Shown here: piece by piece, positions 10,190-19,301 of the stretch
How positions within the stretch are numbered: the stretch's first letter is position 1
How the letters are laid out: the number at the start of each line of letters is the position of its first letter
Assembly: GCA_016432625.1 (NCBI GenBank)
Contig: CP066697.1
Location: 279,363-343,362, forward strand
Length of the DNA stretch: 64,000 nucleotides
Direction: 5' to 3'
From: Candidatus Berkelbacteria bacterium
GTDB taxonomy: Bacteria > Patescibacteriota > UBA1384 > 2-12-FULL-50-11
Translations under genes and position numbers: made by a program
Notes under the pieces: generated by a model
Seen by the model: the letters and a program-made list of their open reading frames with translations, nothing else
What the model was told of the DNA's origin: nothing
Databases searched by the model: none

Positions 10190-12091
10190 TCAGTCGTCGA
10201 GGTTGAGAAGCTTCTTCAGGCCCTCAAGGTCGTTTGCAGCGAGCAACTGCTTGGCTGCAGCGGCTGCCTCTGGATTGGCTCGGAAAGCCTCACCGACGAC
10301 CTTAGTTTGCATGAGCTTCTGCTTTTTGCGCACGAGCGCCGCCATTGCCTCGTCTTGCGCCGCCATTTCCGCTTCGAGCTCGGCCAACGAATCGTCGATG
10401 GTCTTCTCGATCCTAGGAGTGGACGGCTGAACGTTCGGTATGGCCCCGACCGGTTTTTTAGCCGGAGTTTGCTTTCTCACTGCGGAGGCAGCCGGCGCCG
10501 TAGTGGTGCCATTTGTCGCTTTGAGATCTGCAATCACCTTGCTAGCCGAATCGACCTTCTGAAGGTCAAGTTCGCGCTGTCGTGTCGTGCTTGCGTCAAA
10601 CTCGGCTTCGCGTTCCTTCCAGATCGGTTGCCAAGCTTCAACGAGAGAGACTAGCTTCTCGTTGATCGTGTAGCCTACACCGTACGGGTTGCGTCGCTCC
10701 CCGGTGATGTAGCGAGCGTTTGATAACGCTCGGTGGGAGGCCTCAATGACTTTCTCGTTTGTCGTCCAGACATCCAGGGCTTTGCGAAGCGCCGCCCAGT
10801 ATGAGTCCGCTATGAGGAAGTTTGTGCCCTCAGAAGCCGCGATCAGCGTCTCGCCGACCGTGGCAATGCCCTCGTCTGAAGCGACGCGCTCCAGCAAGTT
10901 GTTCAGTCGAGTCTCCGTTAGCTGGTCGCCTTGGGGGCGACTTTTCTTGGCGAGTTCAATTGCTTCTCGCTGCTTGACCACGACGTAGCCTTTGTGTTCG
11001 TACGGCTCTCCGCACTGCTCGAGCACCTTGCGACGCACGAGCTGGCTTAGGCCGCCACCGATCCGACGATCGGCGATTTCATTTGAGTCGATGCCGATTC
11101 TTTGTAAGTACCGACAGAAGACGGCAAGCGTAGCCACGTAGGATAGAGATCCTGACAATGGGTCGGCCTCTGCCATCAGCTCCGCTTCCAGAGCGGCTAG
11201 CTTCTGTTCGTTCTGAAAGAGGTCGCCAAAGGTGCCCTTCTGTTCAGTCTGAGGAGTCGGCGACGCGGCAGGATCCGCTGCGTCATGAGTGTCGAGTTTT
11301 CCCGGTGCGGCCGGTTTCGTGTCTCCCTCGTTGGTAACGGGGGGAGTATCAGCGGGCGGCTGTGGAACGACGACCGTAGTGACGGCCTGCTGGGCAGGCG
11401 GTTCAGGCGTCGTTTGCTGGGTAAAACCAGCTGCAGCTGTTACAACAGCGGCAATAGAGGCGTCTTTCGTCAGCGTGAAGTGGCTAATCGTCTTGCCGTT
11501 CTGAGCGAACGGGAAGAGGTGACTGCCACGCACGAGGCGAAGAAACGCGTCTTGAACGAGCTCTTCACTCGGGTTCTTAACGCCACTGCTGTCTTCGATA
11601 ACGCAGACAACTGCAGTTGCAACCTCTGTGATCGGGATCAAGCCGCGATCCGTCTTCGGGTCGACAACAAGTTGAACGACCAGATTCAGGTGGCTTTCGT
11701 TCCAGAACACGTCGGGGTTGATGCTTGCCTGTCGCTCGCTTATGTTGACGACGACGCTCGACGGCGCCGACTTCTCCTCAGCAGCGCTGACCTTAGCGTG
11801 AACCACGCTGGGGTCGAGTGGGCTGTGAACCTGGGCCCGGAAATGATAACAAGTGTCGTTATCACCCGGTTGGCAAACGCCTTCGATCAAGCGGCCATTA
11901 CGGCGGCTGATCTTGACGCCCTTCCGGTGATGCGTACCCTTGATCTTCTCTCCGATCCAGAGCTCGATTTTGCCTGCGCATTGCAGGCGGTCGCTGAAAC
12001 GTCGTTCGATTGACTCGAAGAAGTCCTTGGGGGCTTCTTTCCGCCGATCGTGACGCTCGAATGTTAACGAACGAGTTTTCGTTTCTATCAC
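10190..12091 (-). CDS. Hypothetical protein (633 aa) with Pro/Thr linker and C-terminal coiled coil
   Basis: Long ORF; GGAGG 6 nt before GTG. Confidence 0.8.
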   Translation of the reverse strand: MIETKTRSLTFERHDRRKEAPKDFFESIERRFSDRLQCAGKIELWIGEKIKGTHHRKGVKISRRNGRLIEGVCQPGDNDTCYHFRAQVHSPLDPSVVHAKVSAAEEKSAPSSVVVNISERQASINPDVFWNESHLNLVVQLVVDPKTDRGLIPITEVATAVVCVIEDSSGVKNPSEELVQDAFLRLVRGSHLFPFAQNGKTISHFTLTKDASIAAVVTAAAGFTQQTTPEPPAQQAVTTVVVPQPPADTPPVTNEGDTKPAAPGKLDTHDAADPAASPTPQTEQKGTFGDLFQNEQKLAALEAELMAEADPLSGSLSYVATLAVFCRYLQRIGIDSNEIADRRIGGGLSQLVRRKVLEQCGEPYEHKGYVVVKQREAIELAKKSRPQGDQLTETRLNNLLERVASDEGIATVGETLIAASEGTNFLIADSYWAALRKALDVWTTNEKVIEASHRALSNARYITGERRNPYGVGYTINEKLVSLVEAWQPIWKEREAEFDASTTRQRELDLQKVDSASKVIADLKATNGTTTAPAASAVRKQTPAKKPVGAIPNVQPSTPRIEKTIDDSLAELEAEMAAQDEAMAALVRKKQKLMQTKVVGEAFRANPEAAAAAKQLLAANDLEGLKKLLNLDD

Positions 12092-12284
12092 GTCATACCT
12101 CCATTGGTGCTGCGACGATGGACCTGGAAACGATTTCCAGATCCGGTTACTGACGGGCAGTAACCGTAGTGACGAAATTCTACTCTACACTGAGCAAAAA
12201 TCAAGGCTTTTGCAAGTCATTTTGAGCTGCTGATATGGAAACGCCTCCCGGTTAGGGGAGGCGTCTTCGGGTTGCGTCCAAGTG

Positions 12285-13334
12285 TTACTTCCACAAGGAC
12301 GCGATTTGGGTCTCGTCGAGATGCTGCAAGAGTGAGTTGCTTGACGGGTCAACGTCAGCAGCTTTCGCTGCCTCGATTTTGCCGGCAAGCTCCGCTTGCT
12401 GCTGCTGGCAGGTCTGCACTTCCTGCTCGGATCGCACCACGTTCCTGCGTGCCTGTTCGAGTCGTGACTGCGCTCGGGTGAGCTCAGTTTCGAGTTGTTC
12501 CTCCTCCTTCTTCAAGGACAAGAGCGTTTTTCGCGTTTCGATCAAGGTGCGCAGTGCCTCGACTTTCTCGCGAGCCCCAGGCGCCATGCCCTGAACGCTA
12601 CCCGACAGAAGCTGCCGAATGGCGCTGAGGGCGAGCTTCTTACCACGCCGGTCCAGGAGGTAGTTGTTTTGCTCGTCTTGCATGACGACGTTCGTCTCCA
12701 AGAGAACCCTCTTGGCAACGTAACGGCAACCTTGGCGCATCTTGCCCTCGCCGGTAGCTAGCTCGTGAGTCAACTCGATCACAACATCGAACTCTTCTTC
12801 GGTGCACGAAGCGTTGTCGAGGCACCAGATGTAGTTCAACACTACGTCGTTCTGCAGGAAGTCGCGACGCCAGGCCTGCTCGCAATCGGCGCAGATCTGG
12901 GCCAAGGGTATTCCTGAGTCGGCCTCGGCATCGTTCCATCGCTTCGGCTCCCGGATCCCGAGCCGCTGACAGACCACGTCTACACCGATATTGAGTGGGT
13001 TAATCAGCGTGTAGAAAGCTTGGAGCGAGTCGCCGTGCTGTACCAAGACCTTGATAGAGTCTCGGTTCGGCACGCATTCGATCGGTTCGAAGGCAAAGGT
13101 GACTTCTTTTCTGCCTGCCGCCGCCGAAATCACCTCGATCTCGACGTCGCCAGTGATGCCACGCTTCTGAAGCTCGCTGATGACGTAGTCGATAAACTCT
13201 TGAGGCCTATCGACATTCTTGAGAATTGAAGCGGCTTTGACGGACTTATCGGCCGCCGCACGCGCTTCTTGCTCGGTGAGGCCTAGGGCAGTGCCCACGA
13301 CCGCACTGAGGTGCCGCAGATTTTTAATTTTCAA
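12285..13334 (-). CDS. Hypothetical protein with C-terminal coiled coil, probable distant paralog of 10190-12091
   Basis: GGAGG upstream of in-frame TTG at 13334; Q/E-rich heptads. Confidence 0.75.
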   Translation of the reverse strand: MKIKNLRHLSAVVGTALGLTEQEARAAADKSVKAASILKNVDRPQEFIDYVISELQKRGITGDVEIEVISAAAGRKEVTFAFEPIECVPNRDSIKVLVQHGDSLQAFYTLINPLNIGVDVVCQRLGIREPKRWNDAEADSGIPLAQICADCEQAWRRDFLQNDVVLNYIWCLDNASCTEEEFDVVIELTHELATGEGKMRQGCRYVAKRVLLETNVVMQDEQNNYLLDRRGKKLALSAIRQLLSGSVQGMAPGAREKVEALRTLIETRKTLLSLKKEEEQLETELTRAQSRLEQARRNVVRSEQEVQTCQQQQAELAGKIEAAKAADVDPSSNSLLQHLDETQIASLWK

Positions 13335-13410
13335 TTCCGATAATCCTCCACGAAATGCCCAGGCATTGTAAAGCAAATAAACGGATAAATCTAGCCTAGA
13401 GGCAGACGTT

Positions 13411-15042
13411 TTATTGAGTGCTTAAAGATTTCTTCGACTGTCTTTTACGCTGAAAACCGATAGCGAAGCGGTGGACTTCGTCGCGGATTCGACTTAGCAG
13501 TAGCAGCCCTTTGTGGCCACGAGTAACGGCTATTGGCAATTTGCGGCCGGGCAAAAAGACTCGATCAGGTTTTTTTGCTAGCGCTATTATTGTCTTAGGT
13601 TGAATAGGGGCGTCTTTTATCCCTTCAAGGGCGGATTTCAGTTGCTCAACGCCACCGTCGATCACCATTATGTCCGGCGCAGTCCGGGTTGTATCACTGA
13701 AGCGGCGATGCATTACCTCCCGGATCATCGCAAAGTCATTCTGGCCCTCAACGGTTTTTATTTTATAGCGACGGTACTCGTTTTTATCTGGTTTGCCGTT
13801 AACGTAACAGACAGTTGCCCCAACCGGTTCCGAACTACCCAGATTAGAAATATCAACAGCTTCAATACGAGTTGGTAGAGCCGGGAGCTTAAGTAGTTCC
13901 TGAACAGCGACAACGCTTTTAAATGATTGGTCGGTCCTGAGGAGTCTCGTTTCGAGTTTGGCAGCGGCGTTCCTTGCGGCTAGTTCAACCATTTGCCGTT
14001 TCTCGCCGCGCTCGGCAGTCCGCAGTTCGACCTTTTTGCCGGCGACGGTACCGAGAAACTTGGCAATTACATCCTGGTCGCTGATTTCTTCGCTTAACGC
14101 TACAAGACCAGGAATTTCAGAAAAATTTTGGTAAGCACTAATTATAAAACTCCTCACTACTTCATTCTGATTCTCACTGCCGGTTAATTGAAAATAAAAG
14201 GTTTTCTGTCCAGTTACTCGACCTTCTCTTACCATCAGGACGCTGACAGCAGCACTCATTTGGGTTTGAGCGGCGGCAATCACGTCGTAATCATCCTGAA
14301 TTGTAGAGATAACCTTTTGCCGGCTGAGTATTTGCTCAACTGATTGCAGTCGGTCGCGTAACTTGGCTGCTAATTCGTACTGCTCATTCTTCGCAGCCAG
14401 TCGCATCCGATCATCAAGGTCATCAACGAGATGCTTCCTTTTGCCTTGCAAAAATTCAATGGCGCGATCAACTCGCTCCTGATAGGACTCCTCGTCAACC
14501 TCGCCGCTCAGTGGGCAGGTGAACTCGCCGAGCTGACAACTCAAACACGCTCGGTCACGGTTGGGTCGAAGAGGTGTGCTACTGATGTGGATCCCGTAGA
14601 TTTTACGAAGAAACTCCAAAGTGTTTATGGCGTCTCGGCCAGAAAGATATGGTCCAAAGTATATGGCCTTGTCTTTGTTTCGCTTTCGAGTAACTGTAAA
14701 ACGCGGGATCGCCTCGTTTAAGACGACTTTAAGAAACGGGTAAGCCTTGTCGTCGGTAAGCTTAATATTGAAACGGGGCAAGTGTTGCTTGATTAGTGTC
14801 GCTTCGAGCATTAACGCCTCAACCTCGTTGGTTACAACGATAGTTTCCACGTTATGGACAAAACCCATCATCACTTGAATCCAGGGGCGGTCGTTATTTT
14901 TACCAGAGAAATAACTCCCGACCCGGCTTTTAAGGTTTAAAGCCTTACCGACATAAAGAATCTGTCCTGAGACGTCCTTAAATAGGTAAACACCTGGTTT
15001 ATCTGGGAGTCCCTGCCACAAATTCTTCTGGGCACTAATCAT
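13411..15042 (-). CDS. uvrC: Excinuclease ABC subunit C
   Basis: GIY-YIG PGVYLF..YVGKA, DDKAYP, RIEAVDIS, IDGG, RDEVHRFAI; ends without the C-terminal HhH domain. Confidence 0.96.
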   Translation of the reverse strand: MISAQKNLWQGLPDKPGVYLFKDVSGQILYVGKALNLKSRVGSYFSGKNNDRPWIQVMMGFVHNVETIVVTNEVEALMLEATLIKQHLPRFNIKLTDDKAYPFLKVVLNEAIPRFTVTRKRNKDKAIYFGPYLSGRDAINTLEFLRKIYGIHISSTPLRPNRDRACLSCQLGEFTCPLSGEVDEESYQERVDRAIEFLQGKRKHLVDDLDDRMRLAAKNEQYELAAKLRDRLQSVEQILSRQKVISTIQDDYDVIAAAQTQMSAAVSVLMVREGRVTGQKTFYFQLTGSENQNEVVRSFIISAYQNFSEIPGLVALSEEISDQDVIAKFLGTVAGKKVELRTAERGEKRQMVELAARNAAAKLETRLLRTDQSFKSVVAVQELLKLPALPTRIEAVDISNLGSSEPVGATVCYVNGKPDKNEYRRYKIKTVEGQNDFAMIREVMHRRFSDTTRTAPDIMVIDGGVEQLKSALEGIKDAPIQPKTIIALAKKPDRVFLPGRKLPIAVTRGHKGLLLLSRIRDEVHRFAIGFQRKRQSKKSLSTQ

Positions 15043-15186
15043 GATCGGGGAAATGGTATCACAGATAAGACTTCAAGTCAGGGGACGAATATGGTTCAAA
15101 AAATTCGCGCCAGGCCGTTGGCGCTTCCTTGCGCTACCCCAATGGCGATCATCGCTACTATATATACCTGTAATAGTATATTCTTC

Positions 15187-15273
15187 GTAGGGGCAAGGGG
15201 CTTCATTGCGAAGTCAGCCCCTTACCCCTACAACCCCATCCCCAACACGCTCCCTACGGGGTTAAGGTGAAAA
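15187..15273 (-). repeat. Left terminal inverted repeat of island (REP-like hairpin element)
   Basis: 15187-15264 matches the reverse complement of 26504-26581 at 73/78 nt; GTAGGGG...CCCCTAC palindrome around TTCATTGCGAAGTCA. Confidence 0.92.
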
Positions 15274-15334
15274 CTTTCGGTTCGTTCCGGAAGGATCGCG
15301 GTAACAGCCCCTCAGTTTCGACTATTAACTAATC

Positions 15335-15382
15335 GAAAAACAAGCAAATCTAACCCTCAAGCAGGTTATTTACTTGTTTTTC
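15335..15382 (+). repeat. Bulged hairpin with conserved core AATCTAACC-loop-GCAGGTTAT
   Basis: Same core at 26453-26498 (+) and ~59426-59474 (-) with different but paired outer stems. Confidence 0.8.
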
Positions 15383-15533
15383 TCCAGACGCCTGTTCGAA
15401 TGTGCCGGGGGTTGGTCGTTAGGATAGGGGGCGGGCTTCTAAACTCTGAGCCCCCTGTCCTAACATGTAGCCTCGCTTCGTGCGACGAAAAACAATAAAC
15501 AATTAGCATATGCTTCGTAACATAAAAAACATC

Positions 15534-15571
15534 CTAAACTCATTGACAAATAGATGAGTTTAGAGTATCAT
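15534..15571 (+). promoter_or_regulatory. sigma70 promoter with overlapping operator-like palindrome
   Basis: TTGACA (15543-15548), 17 nt, TATCAT (15566-15571); CTAAACTCAT-N10-ATGAGTTTAG. Confidence 0.8.
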
Positions 15572-15577
15572 CTTGCA

Positions 15578-15855
15578 CAACAAGTTAGGAAAGAATATTT
15601 TCTACTTGAGCACGTCCAACTAAATAAAGATCGAATGCGTCGGTAGCGCCTTCATCAGTGATTATTGATGACTTTGCGCGCGAATCGGCAAGGTCTTTTT
15701 TGTTGCCCGTGAGGCGGTAGGCCCGTCCTCGGCTTGAGCGATTATGCCTAACGAGGTAGTTGCAACAATAGCCACTCTTTAACAACTTGTTTCCTCATTG
15801 CCCACGAGCCTAAGTTCGTGAGTAGCGAGGAGCGGTTGAAGCAATTCGACCGCTG
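15578..15855 (+). ncRNA. Putative structured leader RNA with boxA-like motif
   Basis: No RBS-supported ORF; several hairpins; CACTCTTTAACAA at 15773-15785; 5' AACAAGTT pairs with AACTTGTT (15784-15791). Confidence 0.45.
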
Positions 15856-15866
15856 GTAATCCAGTC

Positions 15867-16061
15867 ATGATAAAAAACCACAAAGATCCGCGGGCCGAGA
15901 AGGCTCGCTCTCGTCGAAGTCCGGACTATTCACGCGACCCTGCTGGCTGTTTTGCCAGACATGCCCACAAGGCAGATCGCCGACTTCGCCATATGGGTGT
16001 GAAGGGAAAGCGTCCGAAAATCTACTGGGTGACGACGCTCGGTTGGCGAGCAAGCATTTAG
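15867..16061 (+). CDS. Arg/His-rich small protein (64 aa)
   Basis: Shares the F..HA(x)HK..RRL.HM motif with 26277-26381; no strong RBS. Confidence 0.55.
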   Translation: MIKNHKDPRAEKARSRRSPDYSRDPAGCFARHAHKADRRLRHMGVKGKRPKIYWVTTLGWRASI

Positions 16062-16075
16062 CAGTACAGCGATAC

Positions 16076-16109
16076 GGGCGAGACCAGATCTTCGAATTTG
16101 GTCTCGCCC
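16076..16109 (+). repeat. Intergenic GGCGA(G/A)AC-family hairpin
   Basis: GGGCGAGACCAGAT-CTTCGA-ATTTGGTCTCGCCC; relatives at 16872-16903, 17327-17356, 18593-18624. Confidence 0.75.
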
Positions 16110-16160
16110 TCTCATGACACGTTCGATGACTCGAACGTGGCTAGGAGGATAGTAAAAACC

Positions 16161-16511
16161 ATGATTGAATTCGGTCGACTACCGTTTAGCGGAGCCGAGG
16201 ATTTAAAGAGACATCGGGAACGCCTACTTCAGTACATGACTGGACAACACGCCGAGGCCTGCCTGGACAGACTACTTGATGCTGACGCAAAGATCGTCGC
16301 TATCAGCTACACACACGGTCGGGAGTTCGGTAAGGGCGAGGCAATTTACTTCGTCATGTCGGCAGACGAGTCGTCGGTGATGGTCATGAACACAGACGAG
16401 AACAAGCTGACGGGAACCCGACGCGGGAGCTTGCGGGGTGCAGGTGAGAATCTTCTCACGAGATACTTGCTCGACGACAACCTCAGTTCACTTCGCGTGG
16501 CTGCACAGTGA
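16161..16511 (+). CDS. Hypothetical protein
   Basis: AGGAGG RBS upstream of ATG. Confidence 0.7.
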   Translation: MIEFGRLPFSGAEDLKRHRERLLQYMTGQHAEACLDRLLDADAKIVAISYTHGREFGKGEAIYFVMSADESSVMVMNTDENKLTGTRRGSLRGAGENLLTRYLLDDNLSSLRVAAQ

Positions 16512-16599
16512 ATACGACACGGTGAGGCGGCAACTTCGGTTGCTCGCCTCACCCTCAATTAAGTTCACAACCACATGTTGCGAACTTTGAGAGAACAAA

Positions 16600-16854
16600 A
16601 TGAAGACTTTACTCGGCCTTTTCTTCGTCACCGTTTGCTGTTTCTTTCTCGGTTCTGGCGGCTTTGTGGCCGTCGAACTCGTCAAGATGATCCAAGCAAA
16701 CCAGATTACATCAACGCAAAGTGCGATCATAACGCTCGTGGTCGTTACCTCACTCGCGTTCGCGGTCGGCTCGTACCGGGCGAGCAAGTACGCGTTCAAA
16801 GGTCAGTTCCGACGGTTCTGGAAGCTGATCAACGGCGGCTGGCTTCCGGTCTGA
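16600..16854 (+). CDS. Two-TM hypothetical protein
   Basis: Two hydrophobic segments; hairpin after stop. Confidence 0.7.
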   Translation: MKTLLGLFFVTVCCFFLGSGGFVAVELVKMIQANQITSTQSAIITLVVVTSLAFAVGSYRASKYAFKGQFRRFWKLINGGWLPV

Positions 16855-16962
16855 CAACACTTCGAAAACAAGGGCGAAACGGAGCTTCAGCTCCGTATCG
16901 CCCGACCCGCAAAGCTCGTAATAGCGTATGAGTTGTGCGGGTTCTTGGAGGGCCCTCAGTCA

Positions 16963-17301
16963 ATGAAGAAACTCGTCACTCGAGCCTTTACGCTCGTTGA
17001 GATTATGATCATAGTTGTGATCGCAATCGTCCTCTTGCTCGCGATTGCGCTTCCCACCTTTCGCCACGCCAGCGAGACCAGCCGTAAGACCAGATGCATC
17101 GGTGGGCTCGGGCTGATCAGCGCGGCCAAAGAGCAGTGGGTGAAGGACCACAAGAATGGCGGTGGTACGGTTGTGCTTCTGGCTGACCTGTCGCCGCTAT
17201 ACATCAGGGATTTCCCTTCATGTCCCTCGGGTGGCGAGATCACGATCGGCAAGATTGGGGAGGCCCCGACCTGCTCGATTCCTGGTCATGCCTTGCCGTA
17301 A
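16963..17301 (+). CDS. Prepilin-type (type IV pilin/ComGC-like) protein
   Basis: TRA|FTLVEIMIIVVI N-methylation motif; C..., CPSGG, CSIPGH cysteines; GGAGG RBS. Confidence 0.88.
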   Translation: MKKLVTRAFTLVEIMIIVVIAIVLLLAIALPTFRHASETSRKTRCIGGLGLISAAKEQWVKDHKNGGGTVVLLADLSPLYIRDFPSCPSGGEITIGKIGEAPTCSIPGHALP

Positions 17302-17452
17302 CCAACCCACCCAGTTCGCTCCGGAAGGCGAGACGTAGCTTTGGCTCCGTCTCGCCTCTTCCTTTCAGCCCACACTTTGTTAATTTGAACCTTTCAGTGG
17401 GCTGAAAGGAGGAAACTCCCCGTGATCCCGCGGTTAAGGGTGGAGGAACAAA

Positions 17453-17818
17453 ATGCTAACTTTGCGTAATCAGAACAATGCTCGTACCCTTACCGAATTG
17501 CTAGGATCCCTCACTGGATCGAAGGCGCAGGCGGTGTGCGAGAAGATTCGTCATATGAACGGCATCGTTGAAGCGATCAACGACGCGCCGCGTGGTAATG
17601 CGGGTGTCGAAATCGTTTACTTCGCCGAGCCAGTTCACAACGCACCTGGTGGTGGGCTGTCCCACTATGCCGTCTACTCGGTTTCCACCAACGATATCTG
17701 TGTCTCGCACTGCTATCGAGGCTTGTACAGCTTCTCGTTACAGCGCGAGGAACTCCTGCAAAGGGTCCTCCTCGAAGACGACCGAGAGGCATGGGAAGCC
17801 CTGGCTGGCAAGTGCTAG
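17453..17818 (+). CDS. Hypothetical protein
   Basis: GGAGGA RBS; hairpin after stop. Confidence 0.7.
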   Translation: MLTLRNQNNARTLTELLGSLTGSKAQAVCEKIRHMNGIVEAINDAPRGNAGVEIVYFAEPVHNAPGGGLSHYAVYSVSTNDICVSHCYRGLYSFSLQREELLQRVLLEDDREAWEALAGKC

Positions 17819-17937
17819 CTCGTTATCAACTTTGTCGCGAGTCCGACCCTTCGGGGTTCGGGCTCGCGGCTCCGACCTTTACTTCGTGATATTCCCATCC
17901 GTCTTTGACTTCCCAGTCGAGACGGGTGGTGAACAGC

Positions 17938-18195
17938 ATGAAAGTCGTTATATTAGTAATCGTCGCTTGCTTTGTGCTTGGCTGCCAAACTGTGCCGAAA
18001 GAAGATGTTGCCAAAGCTAAAGCTGACTTTTTGCAGCGAACAAGAGGTGTAGTCAACGAAGAGTCCGTTTCTTGTCACGCCTGGGACAAGCTGAACCCCT
18101 ACGTGAGATGTAGTGGTGTAACTGCCCAAGGCAAGGTGATAAGTGCGGTATACCAATGGAATCAAGAGTGGTGCGTGACATTCTACTCCGACTAA
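17938..18195 (+). CDS. Putative lipoprotein
   Basis: MKVVILVIVACFVLG-C lipobox-like signal. Confidence 0.7.
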   Translation: MKVVILVIVACFVLGCQTVPKEDVAKAKADFLQRTRGVVNEESVSCHAWDKLNPYVRCSGVTAQGKVISAVYQWNQEWCVTFYSD

Positions 18196-18310
18196 ATGGG
18201 GTGGATAAGTCATGAGGCTACCCGATACATCAACCTTTGGCGTCCCGAGGGGACGCTCACTCGTAAGCGACAAGAAAACGTCGCCGACAACCGTTCCTAC
18301 CGGAGGTGGG

Positions 18311-18574
18311 ATGAAGCAAGTACTGTCTGCCGTATGGTCGTGGCTCCTAGCCTTGGGCGCTTGGTGCTTCGAAAACCCTCGCCGTGGTCTAATCACGATC
18401 GCTGCGATTCTGATCCTCGTCTACCCGCCGATTCTCGGTAAGGTAGTTGGTCGGATATTTGAGGCGCTCGCTCCGTTCATTGGCTTATTGCTGATGTTCG
18501 GGATGATCTACCTCATTATCAAGCCACTCCTGCCGAAGCGGCCCAAACCCCAGCAGCGGAGGTCGGACCGATGA
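18311..18574 (+). CDS. Small membrane protein
   Basis: GGAGGTG RBS; hydrophobic segments and basic tail. Confidence 0.7.
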   Translation: MKQVLSAVWSWLLALGAWCFENPRRGLITIAAILILVYPPILGKVVGRIFEALAPFIGLLLMFGMIYLIIKPLLPKRPKPQQRRSDR

Positions 18575-18690
18575 CCGCCTGCTGCGACTCTCGGGCGAAA
18601 CGGATCTCGTATCCGTCTTCGCCCTTCAATGAAGCTGCTGAACGCGTGACGTTCGACAGTTTCTAGAAATCTCACGGAGGAAACACACAC

Positions 18691-19044
18691 TTGGGACAAT
18701 CACCTACCATAGGACAGAGTCTGGAATTTCCGGACTTCTTCTACTTCTTGCGGTTCGGTCAAGAAAGCTCGCATTTTGCCGTCACGACCCACCTGGGCGA
18801 GTCGGCGATGTTGTGTTTTCGCTCGATCCGCGACATGGACGTTTACGCTAAGCCCTTCGAGGACACTCCGGGCATGTCGCGTTACGATTCCGACGCTCAG
18901 TCGATTGACTCGGCGCGGGATTTTCTTCGGGAACACTTCCCGAGCTTCCGTGCACTTGTCCTATTCGAGCCGGGCTATGTGCCCGGGCGAGATGAGGCGC
19001 GGCTGTCGGTGCATATCCCGCCGCCGCAACCCGTGATCGGGTGA
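18691..19044 (+). CDS. Hypothetical protein, paralog of 19302-19610
   Basis: GGAGG RBS and TTG start; co-linear motifs shared with the neighbour. Confidence 0.75.
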   Translation: MGQSPTIGQSLEFPDFFYFLRFGQESSHFAVTTHLGESAMLCFRSIRDMDVYAKPFEDTPGMSRYDSDAQSIDSARDFLREHFPSFRALVLFEPGYVPGRDEARLSVHIPPPQPVIG

Positions 19045-19132
19045 CCACTTACGCCTAACTTGGCGAGGTGGTCGCCCACCTTTCCGTCACCAGGAATTCG
19101 CTATGGCGATATTCGTGGTGGGGGATAAGCGT

Positions 19133-19285
19133 ATGAAACAGTATTCTTCTGAGTCCGATCAGCGCCGCCAGGAACGTTATGAGTTTTGGCGACTGCTTGG
19201 ACTTGGGGCTTTGTGCCTCGTCATCACTACCGCCGTTGTGGTTATCGCAACCCAATGGTGGAACAACCCGATCACCGTCAGGTGA
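19133..19285 (+). CDS. Small single-TM protein
   Basis: GGGGA upstream; one hydrophobic helix. Confidence 0.55.
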   Translation: MKQYSSESDQRRQERYEFWRLLGLGALCLVITTAVVVIATQWWNNPITVR

Positions 19286-19301
19286 AGGAGCGCAATGCGC
19301 A

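Noticed and set aside
11285-12013. 242-aa plus-strand ORF and other antisense or alternative-frame ORFs in the track
   Set aside because: They overlap better supported genes, lack an RBS and show no motifs, so they are treated as shadow ORFs.
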